From: Nanobdellota archaeon
GTDB lineage: Archaea; Nanobdellota; Nanobdellia; Nanobdellales; Nanobdellaceae
DNA: 32,000 nt
NCBI GenBank assembly: GCA_042850255.1
Contig: AP031373.1
Coordinates: 240,001-272,000 of the forward strand
Reading direction: 5' to 3'
Shown: one piece after another, positions 1 to 8,519 of the stretch
Position numbering within the stretch: the stretch's first letter is position 1
Layout: the number at the start of each line of letters is the position of its first letter
Position numbers and translations under genes: made by a program
Notes under the pieces: model-generated
Databases searched by the model: none
What the model saw: the letters and a program-made list of their open reading frames with translations, nothing else
What the model was told of the DNA's origin: nothing

Positions 1-704
1 AATGCTAACCAATATTCTGTTAATGTATATACCTGAGGATGTAATACTTTTTTAGATCCAGTCAATAATCTTGCCTTTATTGCATTATCAGATATTATAC
101 TAATTAATTGCACCTTTAATTCTTCAAACGTATGTTGTTTTACATCTGTATCATCAATTACTACATATACATCTACATCAGAAGATTCAACACTTCTTCC
201 TTTAACTTGTGATCCTGCCAATACATATGCAACCACATATTTTTGTAATAGATCAATTATTAATTTTTTATGAACTGATGTTAATTTTATTATTTCTATA
301 AATCCTTTATCATATAATACATCTCCCAAGGCTAATAAATCAATTAATTCAAATCTGGAATCCATTGAAATATTTTTTATATCTTCTATTAATAATACAT
401 GTAACCATACGTCTAGTTTATTATTTCTTATTATATCTAAATATTTAGATATAAAATCTGTCTTTAATTTTACCTTTTCTTCAGGTTTTAAATCAAAATC
501 AGATAATATAACTATTAAATGTTTATATGTTTCTATTTCTCTTTTATATTTTTCAAATACATCTTCTTCCAATATAATATTACTATAATACATTAATCCT
601 TTTAATAATTCCAATATATTTTCCTTTTTTTCTCTAAATTCTACTATAGATAATACTCTATCCTTATATTCGCTATTTAATATATCATCCTTCAAATTTA
701 CCAT
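1..704 (-). CDS. Nucleotidyltransferase (Pol-beta superfamily) domain protein; N-terminus in the window, C-terminus runs off the left edge
   Basis: Own translation of the reverse strand from ATG (cat at 702-704): MVNLKDDILNSEYKDR...YVLAGSQVKGRSVESSDVDVYVVIDD... The G-S-x(n)-D-x-D signature is typical of minimal nucleotidyltransferases. The frame stays open to position 1. It is absent from the ORF track, presumably because it is truncated. Confidence 0.6.
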   Translation of the reverse strand, partial: MVNLKDDILNSEYKDRVLSIVEFREKKENILELLKGLMYYSNIILEEDVFEKYKREIETYKHLIVILSDFDLKPEEKVKLKTDFISKYLDIIRNNKLDVWLHVLLIEDIKNISMDSRFELIDLLALGDVLYDKGFIEIIKLTSVHKKLIIDLLQKYVVAYVLAGSQVKGRSVESSDVDVYVVIDDTDVKQHTFEELKVQLISIISDNAIKARLLTGSKKVLHPQVYTLTEYWLA

Positions 705-726
705 TTATATAAAATACTAAAAATAT

Positions 727-1239
727 TTAAATTCTTTTTTTAAACCATTCTTCGTAACTTTTATAATCTATTTTCTTCTCTTCTTTTTTCTCTTCTTTCT
801 TTTCTTGATTTAAATAACTTTGACTAAGTTTTATTAATTCATTTGTTACATAATTTTTTAATTCCTCTAAACTTTGTGGTTCTTCTTTAAATCTTTTTAA
901 ATAAAAATTAATATTATCATCTTTATATCTTGGAATAATACTAATTACTATATGTTTTGTAGATTGCTTAGTTTCTCCTGAATATAATATAATATTTATC
1001 CCATCAAATTTTAATTTATTTTTTAACACAAATGCTATATATTTTGATATAGTAAACATTTTCTGATTTATATCATCATCTAATATTGTATAATCTTCTA
1101 TATGTAACTTTGGAAAAACTAAAAATGTTCCTTTAGATGGGGGATAAATATCAAATACTGATATAATATCATTATCTTCGTAAATAGTATAGGAAGGTAT
1201 TTCCTTATTTGCAATCTTACAATATACACAATTATCCAT
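727..1239 (-). CDS. HIT (histidine triad) family protein with a degenerate triad and a Lys/Glu-rich C-terminal tail
   Basis: The N-terminus CVYCKIANKEIPSYTIYEDNDIISVFDIYP matches the HIT fold start (CxxC, then the IP..i.e.d....afld motif). The triad position reads KHIVISIIPR where HxHxHxx is expected. Confidence 0.75.
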   Translation of the reverse strand: MDNCVYCKIANKEIPSYTIYEDNDIISVFDIYPPSKGTFLVFPKLHIEDYTILDDDINQKMFTISKYIAFVLKNKLKFDGINIILYSGETKQSTKHIVISIIPRYKDDNINFYLKRFKEEPQSLEELKNYVTNELIKLSQSYLNQEKKEEKKEEKKIDYKSYEEWFKKRI

Positions 1240-1273
1240 AAAAATATAAATCCTTACTAACTATTAAATTTTT

Positions 1274-2248
1274 ATGACAAACTATCTAATAATTATAATA
1301 ACAACATTATTTCCATTATTAATATATGCATTCTTAATATATCTCTCAGAAAATATAATATTAAAATATATTTCCAAATATTCAAAATATTATTCTTCCT
1401 GGCCTGAACATTATTTATTGATATATACTGCAGGAATGGCTTCCGCATTGCAATCATTTTTACCAGCGTTAGCAGTAGTCCATCAACATCCAAGATTAGC
1501 ATATTATTTTCAATTATATAATGTAGTTCTAGATTATACAATAACATTAGGAACATTTATACTAGGTTTCAATTTTGATAAAGGTATAATTGACAGCAAT
1601 GTATTAGCTCTTATAACAATTGCATTAATATCTCAAATTTTTGCTTTAGTATTTAGACAGATAAATTTTTTAGGAGGAGCAATATTATATATAACTTTTC
1701 TTATTATATCCTTTTATCTATTTTATAGATATAGAAAAAGAAATGAAAAATATTTACCAGAAAAAAGTAGTGCTTATGAATATTTTAAAGCATCTGTATT
1801 TGCTTTAGAAGTTGCATTAGCAATTTCAATAATATATATAGGAGGGAATATATTAAATAATGTTGCAAATACATTACAATCCTTAGGATTATCTATCCCA
1901 CTAATAGGTTATGCAATTTCATTAATTTTATTTACCTTGCCAGATATTATGTATGGTCATATTTCTTGGTTTAAGAAGAAGAATCTTAATATAAGTATAG
2001 CATCCATAACTGGGGAAGAAATAACAGAATTTACATTATTTATTGGAATTCTTGCAATGATTCATCCAATAGTGTTTTCTTCTATTGATATAATACCAAT
2101 TGTTTCTTCAATGATTGTAATGTATACTTCAGTTTTGATATTATATATTTCTTCATATAAAAGGAAAATACCAAAGTGGGTTGGCTTTATTTTAATAGCT
2201 TTAGGTTTGATATTAGGATTTGTAAATGGAATAGCAAACTTATCATAA
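1274..2248 (+). CDS. Polytopic integral membrane protein, function unknown
   Basis: 324-aa ORF with many long hydrophobic segments. I recognise no family motif. Confidence 0.55.
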   Translation: MTNYLIIIITTLFPLLIYAFLIYLSENIILKYISKYSKYYSSWPEHYLLIYTAGMASALQSFLPALAVVHQHPRLAYYFQLYNVVLDYTITLGTFILGFNFDKGIIDSNVLALITIALISQIFALVFRQINFLGGAILYITFLIISFYLFYRYRKRNEKYLPEKSSAYEYFKASVFALEVALAISIIYIGGNILNNVANTLQSLGLSIPLIGYAISLILFTLPDIMYGHISWFKKKNLNISIASITGEEITEFTLFIGILAMIHPIVFSSIDIIPIVSSMIVMYTSVLILYISSYKRKIPKWVGFILIALGLILGFVNGIANLS

Positions 2249-2283
2249 TAATTTAAAAATATATTGATAACTTATTTTTTAAA

Positions 2284-2400
2284 ATGAGAAGAAGCTCTAG
2301 AAGGTGGAAAAAATATTTAAGATCAAGGTGGAAATGGCAAAGAAGAAGAATTAGAGAAGAAAAAAGATTAAGAAAACTAGCAAGATTGAGAGCTTTATAA
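2284..2400 (+). CDS. rpl41e: Ribosomal protein L41e (38 aa)
   Basis: Own translation: MRRSSRRWKKYLRSRWKWQRRRIREEKRLRKLARLRAL. It has the RSSRRWKK and RWKW motifs and the extreme Arg/Lys content characteristic of archaeal L41e. It falls below the ORF-track size cutoff. Confidence 0.7.
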   Translation: MRRSSRRWKKYLRSRWKWQRRRIREEKRLRKLARLRAL

Positions 2401-2408
2401 ATGATAAC

Positions 2409-2422
2409 CTTTTTAAATATTA
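2409..2422 (+). promoter_or_regulatory. Putative 16S rRNA promoter element CTTTTTAAATATTA (TATA/BRE-like)
   Basis: The identical 14-mer occurs upstream of the 23S gene on the other strand (13063-13076). It lies ~100 nt upstream of the 16S processing helix. Confidence 0.4.
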
Positions 2423-2443
2423 ATACAATTTATTCTATACATA

Positions 2444-2495
2444 ACCTGTATCATAAATCCTATGGATCAATGAAATAGGATTAAATGATACAGGT
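2444..2495 (+). other. 52-nt imperfect hairpin in the putative 16S leader, downstream of rpl41e
   Basis: ACCTGTATCATAAATCCTAT (2444-2463) pairs with ATAGGATTAAATGATACAGGT (2475-2495). This gives 8 bp, a 1x2 internal loop and 11 bp, with an 11-nt loop. Confidence 0.45.
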
Positions 2496-2515
2496 ACAAA
2501 TGTAGAGAAAATCTG

Positions 2516-2538
2516 AAAAGGGGATAATTGCAACGGAG
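2516..2538 (+). other. 5' strand of the 16S processing helix carrying a bulge-helix-bulge (BHB) motif
   Basis: AAAA-GGGG-[ATA]-ATTGCAACGGAG pairs with 4084-4106. See the findings entry for the full pairing. Confidence 0.7.
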
Positions 2539-2588
2539 ATAGCGGCCGTACTTCTCGGGTTTTGGCCCGCGGTGGGAAATCCCACCGA

Positions 2589-4074
<1,486 letters not shown>

Positions 4075-4083
4075 TAGTTTTAA

Positions 4084-4106
4084 CTCCGTTGCAATCCCCA
4101 AATTTT
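4084..4106 (+). other. 3' strand of the 16S processing helix (BHB motif)
   Basis: CTCCGTTGCAAT-CCCC-[AAA]-TTTT is complementary to 2516-2538. Confidence 0.7.
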
Positions 4107-4132
4107 ATTTCCCTTTTCTTTACTATATTATA

Positions 4133-5341
4133 ATGTTCGAAATAAAGTATAGAGATGGAGCTGGAAGAATTGGAATTTTAAAATATAAAAATAAAAAAAT
4201 AGAGACACCAATTTTATTACCAGTAATAAATCCTTATAAACAAACTTTATCTATAGAAGATATAAAAAAATATAATGTAAAAGCTATAATGACCAATTCT
4301 TATATCTTATATAGAAAAAAATTCTATGGAGATATTCATAATTTTCTAAATTTTGATGGTATAATAGAAACAGATTCTGGATCATATCAAATACTACATT
4401 ATAAAAAAGATATTGAAGTATCAAATGTAGAAATAATAAAATATCAAATAGAAATAAATTCCGATATAATAAATGTATTAGATTTGCCCACTGATATAGA
4501 TAAAAGTAAAGATGAAGCAGAAAAAGAATTATATATAACAATTGATAGGATAAAAGAAGGTATAGAAAACAAAGGAGATAAATTAATTAATGGAGCAATA
4601 CAGGGAGGAATATATATAGATTTAAGAAAAAAAGCTGCAGAAATTGTTAAAAATTTAAATGTAGATATATTTGCAATAGGTACTATTGTGCCTTATATGA
4701 TAAATTATAAGTTTGATAAACTATTTGAATTAATTATAGAACCAAAGATTTTATTACCATTTAATAAACCTGTCCATTTATTTGGAATGGGTCATACATT
4801 AACATTACCTTTAAGTATATATATAGGAGGCGATATATTTGATTCTGCTTCTTATATATTATTTGCAAAAGATAAGAGAATAATAACACCATATGGAACT
4901 TTTAGATTAGAAGAAGCAAAAAATATGTATTTAGAAACAAAAAATAAGTTATATCATATTGAAGAATTAAAAGATTTTAATAATAATGATTTAATAAAAT
5001 TAATTGCAGAACATAATCTATATACATTATTAAAGGAAATAGAAATAATAAAAGATGCTATAAAAAACCAATATTTAACAGATTTGGTTTTAATAAAAGC
5101 GCATACTCATTATTCTATATATAAAGCTACTAAATATATATTAGAAAAATATTATAATTATTTAAAGCATTTAGAACCAGTAAGAAAAAGATCTGGTATA
5201 TTTTATGGAGGAGAATTAAATGAAATAAGAATAGATGTAAAAAGGGCTTTAGAAAGGTTAAATGAAAGAGTAGATAAAAAAGATATTGAATATTTATATG
5301 ATTATATTTATCCATTTAATTCTTTAAGAAATATAAAATGA
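4133..5341 (+). CDS. tgtA: Archaeosine tRNA-guanine transglycosylase, catalytic domain only (402 aa)
   Basis: The sequence begins MFEIKYRDGAGRIG...ETP.L.PV and contains TNSYILY, ETDSGSYQ, the GIYIDLR region, LFGMGH, DIFDSASY and AEHNLY, all typical of the TGT family. It is shorter than the ~580-aa archaeal enzymes. Confidence 0.85.
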   Translation: MFEIKYRDGAGRIGILKYKNKKIETPILLPVINPYKQTLSIEDIKKYNVKAIMTNSYILYRKKFYGDIHNFLNFDGIIETDSGSYQILHYKKDIEVSNVEIIKYQIEINSDIINVLDLPTDIDKSKDEAEKELYITIDRIKEGIENKGDKLINGAIQGGIYIDLRKKAAEIVKNLNVDIFAIGTIVPYMINYKFDKLFELIIEPKILLPFNKPVHLFGMGHTLTLPLSIYIGGDIFDSASYILFAKDKRIITPYGTFRLEEAKNMYLETKNKLYHIEELKDFNNNDLIKLIAEHNLYTLLKEIEIIKDAIKNQYLTDLVLIKAHTHYSIYKATKYILEKYYNYLKHLEPVRKRSGIFYGGELNEIRIDVKRALERLNERVDKKDIEYLYDYIYPFNSLRNIK

Positions 5342-5835
5342 ATTTATATGAAAAATATACTAAAAGGGAAATAAGATTATCCAAAATGTTCAAAAGAAAT
5401 AAGGAAATAAATATAATAACTGTAGAAAGTAATACTAAAGATTTCGTAATGAATATAATAAATAATATAGATAAAAAATTTAATATGAATTTTAAAATAA
5501 ATTTAAATATGTATAAAAAGATTGAAGAAATAGAATTATTAAAAGATTCCGTATTAATTATTCCAATAGAAGGTGTTTTTTTATCATTTTTATTATATAA
5601 TTATTTAAAGGATGAAAAATATAAGTATTTTATTAGTAAAAAGAATAAATATTTTTATAATATAGGATATAATGTTTCTGAACTTTATATATCAAAAATT
5701 TACAATAAAGAACCATATTTTTTTACTGAAAATAAAGATATGTTAAAATTTATATATGATATATTATCTTTAAAAGAAAAATATGTTTTTGGATTAAAAA
5801 ATATGTTAGAATATTTCTCAAAATATTATTTATAA
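5338..5835 (+). CDS. Hypothetical protein (165 aa), translationally coupled to tgtA by an ATGA overlap
   Basis: Long ORF with a 4-nt overlap onto the tgtA stop. I recognise no motif. Confidence 0.5.
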   Translation: MNLYEKYTKREIRLSKMFKRNKEINIITVESNTKDFVMNIINNIDKKFNMNFKINLNMYKKIEEIELLKDSVLIIPIEGVFLSFLLYNYLKDEKYKYFISKKNKYFYNIGYNVSELYISKIYNKEPYFFTENKDMLKFIYDILSLKEKYVFGLKNMLEYFSKYYL

Positions 5836-5858
5836 ATATTATACGTAAAATATAGATA

Positions 5859-6269
5859 ATGCCAGAATTTATGATAAGAGGATATAAACTAGAAGAATTA
5901 AAAAATATGTCTATTGAAGAATTTGCAAAAAATGTAGCAAATTCTAGAGTAAGAAGGACTTTGTTAAGAAGATTAAAATTAGGATTTCCACCAGAATGGG
6001 AAAATTTTTATAAAAAATGTTATTTACAATTACAAGGAAAATATAAAAAGACTGTAAAAACACATGCAAGAGAAATAGTTATACTACCATTTATGGTTGG
6101 ATGTAAGGTTGGTATATATAATGGAAAAGAATATAATGAGATAGAAATAAAACCTGAAATGATTGGAAGAAGATTAGGAGAATTTGCAATTACAACTAAG
6201 AAAGTTCAACATTCTGCTCCAGGTATTGGTGCATCTAAATCTTCTAAGTTTATGAAAGCTAAAAAATAA
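5859..6269 (+). CDS. rps19: Ribosomal protein uS19 (S19p/S15e)
   Basis: The protein contains RGYKLEEL..MS.EEFA, THAREIVILPFMVG..VGIYNGKEY..IEIKPEMIGRRLGEFA and HSAPGIGASKSS. Confidence 0.9.
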   Translation: MPEFMIRGYKLEELKNMSIEEFAKNVANSRVRRTLLRRLKLGFPPEWENFYKKCYLQLQGKYKKTVKTHAREIVILPFMVGCKVGIYNGKEYNEIEIKPEMIGRRLGEFAITTKKVQHSAPGIGASKSSKFMKAKK

Positions 6270-6273
6270 TTTT

Positions 6274-7098
6274 TTATCCAAACAAGTTTATTATTATACC
6301 ACCTTTTGGAACTAAAGGAACTACAATATCAAATGTTATTATTACTAAAAATAAAAATATTAATATATATTTAGCTCCAGCTCTATAAGAATCATCGTAC
6401 ATCTTTCCCATTGCCAATCCAGCAAATATTGCTTGAATTATTGACATATAATACATAAGATTTGTAACAAAATTAATATTTATAGAAGATGTTTGACCTG
6501 GTAAAGAAATTTGTAAAAATGGTAATAAAAATATTTCAAATGTTATAATAATACCTAGGAAAAATATAAAAACTAAATATGAGTGTATTATATTTTCGTG
6601 CATTTCAGATTTTCTAGCTTCTTTTATCTTTCTAACTTCGACTATACTATTTATAATCGCTTCTAATCCTTCTTCTAAGTTTCCTCCTCCTTTATATATA
6701 TCTATCAATGATTTTATAGTTCTTTTTATCATATTATTATTACTCTCTTCTGCAAATTCATTAAAAGAATCTTCTACACTGATACCCCAATCTATTCTAG
6801 AAGATAAATTTTTTATTAAATAGTTTATTCTTCCATAATCATTATTTTCTATTTGTTTTAATGCTAAAGGTAATGATAATCCAGATTTTAATAAATCTAT
6901 TAAATCTAATGAAAACCTTATAAATTGTTCTTCCTTTTCTTTTTCTATTCTATTATTTATTTCTTGATAAATTAAATATGGAAATATCCCAAATATTATT
7001 CCAGTTACAATTGAATTTAACAAACCAAAATTAAATATATAATATAAAATAAAAATAATTGAAATTATTACAAAAATAGTAATTATTTCTATTCTCAT
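6274..7098 (-). CDS. Type II secretion system F-domain membrane protein (TadC/FlaJ C-terminal-half-like)
   Basis: An N-terminal TM pair is followed by a soluble T2SS-F-like segment (LDLIDLLKSGLSLPLALKQI...IDWGISVEDSFNEFAEES...IDIYKGGGNLEEGLEAI) and C-terminal TMs. An ATGA overlap links it to the upstream gene. Confidence 0.7.
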   Translation of the reverse strand: MRIEIITIFVIISIIFILYYIFNFGLLNSIVTGIIFGIFPYLIYQEINNRIEKEKEEQFIRFSLDLIDLLKSGLSLPLALKQIENNDYGRINYLIKNLSSRIDWGISVEDSFNEFAEESNNNMIKRTIKSLIDIYKGGGNLEEGLEAIINSIVEVRKIKEARKSEMHENIIHSYLVFIFFLGIIITFEIFLLPFLQISLPGQTSSININFVTNLMYYMSIIQAIFAGLAMGKMYDDSYRAGAKYILIFLFLVIITFDIVVPLVPKGGIIINLFG

Positions 7099-8477
7099 TC
7101 TTTTGACATATTATTAAAAGCTACTATAAAGCCTGTATTTATTAAAGGCAATAATACATAAGTTATTATTTCTAATATTCCCTCTATATTAACATTATAT
7201 GTTTGTTGAAGTACAGACATCAACATTATTCCTATAGATATTATTATCATTGGTAAAGTTAATACCATCCCAACGTATAAATCTGAAAAAGTTTTCATAA
7301 CCTGACTAACTTTTTTCAATAAATTATTATATCTTATCATTTCTTGTTGGGAATATAATATTAAAAATTCTGATATTTTTCTTCCAGACTTAATAGTTAA
7401 TATAAGTTCTTCAAAAAAATCTTTTAAATCTTTAGATACAGTTTCTGATGCAACTGATCTTAGAGCATCTGTCAAACTTTCTCCTAAATTTATTCTATCT
7501 AATACTTTTTCAAATTCCTTTGCTAAAAATCCATATTCTTCAGTTTCACTTATTATTTTAATTATATATTTTAATTCTATCCCTGCTCCGGCCAAAGAAG
7601 CCATATGAATTACAGCAAATGGTAAATTTTTTTCTATATTTTCCCTAATTACTTTTTTCCTATATTGGAAATAATAATAAATAATAAAAGTTAAAAAAGC
7701 AAAAGTACCAAGACCATATAATAAATATAGGAAATCATATAAATAAAAAGAAATAAATATTATAATAATAAGAAAAGAAAATAGGGCTAGAAATATTAAA
7801 GATATGAATTCTTCTGGTGATATATTATAATAAGACTCTTTTAACATAGATTTAAGACTAAAATATATTCTAGGATTACTATCTAAAATCTTTTTAGACA
7901 ATTTTCCAAATATTTTATATGAATATCCTATAATAATTTTCTTTATCTCTTCATAATAATTTATTTGTTCCTTTTTTCTTATTTTTATATTTATTTTCTT
8001 TTTTTCTCCTTTTTCTTTTTCCCTTTTTTTGAATATAACACTTTCAGCTTCAAAATATTTTTTCTCAAATTTTATTTCATCCTTTTTAAATATATCGGGA
8101 AATATTTGATTTATTTTATTTATATTTTCATTTATTCTATATTTATAATTTTCTATATATTTCTTTTCTTCTTCAGTTTTTTCTTCTAACTCATCTAAAA
8201 ATTTTATTATTTTTTCTGCATTATTTATCATATTTATAAGATCATATAAATAAGTATATTTTTTCTTTTCTAATTCTTCTATTTTTTTCTCAACTATCTT
8301 TATTCTTCTATTATATTCTTTTTCATCTAAATATCCTTCATTATATAACTTTTCTATATATTTAATAAAATTTTTTTCTTTTTTAATCTCTTTTACAATA
8401 TTTTCTACTTTTTTAATATGATTTTTTATTTTTTCTATATTTTCTTCTACATTTATTAAAACTTCTTTATTAATCAT
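7095..8477 (-). CDS. Type II secretion system F-domain membrane protein (TadB/FlaJ N-terminal-half-like) with a ~220-aa N-terminal coiled-coil extension
   Basis: The T2SS-F-like segment is LPFAVIHMASLAGAGIELKYII...EYGFLAKEFEKVLDRINLGESLTDALRSVA...IKSGRKISEFL, flanked by TMs. I moved the start to the internal Met (MINKEVLINVEEN, cat at 8475-8477). The track ORF start at 8642 would overlap the divergent ATPase gene by 123 nt. Confidence 0.7.
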   Translation of the reverse strand: MINKEVLINVEENIEKIKNHIKKVENIVKEIKKEKNFIKYIEKLYNEGYLDEKEYNRRIKIVEKKIEELEKKKYTYLYDLINMINNAEKIIKFLDELEEKTEEEKKYIENYKYRINENINKINQIFPDIFKKDEIKFEKKYFEAESVIFKKREKEKGEKKKINIKIRKKEQINYYEEIKKIIIGYSYKIFGKLSKKILDSNPRIYFSLKSMLKESYYNISPEEFISLIFLALFSFLIIIIFISFYLYDFLYLLYGLGTFAFLTFIIYYYFQYRKKVIRENIEKNLPFAVIHMASLAGAGIELKYIIKIISETEEYGFLAKEFEKVLDRINLGESLTDALRSVASETVSKDLKDFFEELILTIKSGRKISEFLILYSQQEMIRYNNLLKKVSQVMKTFSDLYVGMVLTLPMIIISIGIMLMSVLQQTYNVNIEGILEIITYVLLPLINTGFIVAFNNMSKE

Positions 8478-8519
8478 GATAAATATTTTATATATCCCAG
8501 GATATATTAATTTTATATT
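8478..8519. promoter_or_regulatory. 42-bp AT-rich divergent intergenic region between the membrane-protein operon and the ATPase gene
   Basis: GATAAATATTTTATATATCCCAGGATATATTAATTTTATATT has TATA-like runs facing both directions. Function is inferred only from position. Confidence 0.3.

Noticed and set aside
5338-5835. Assigning the 165-aa ORF as the missing PUA/C-terminal part of arcTGT
   Set aside because: The position and the ATGA coupling are suggestive, but I cannot see PUA-like motifs in the sequence. I kept it as a hypothesis to test, not as a call.
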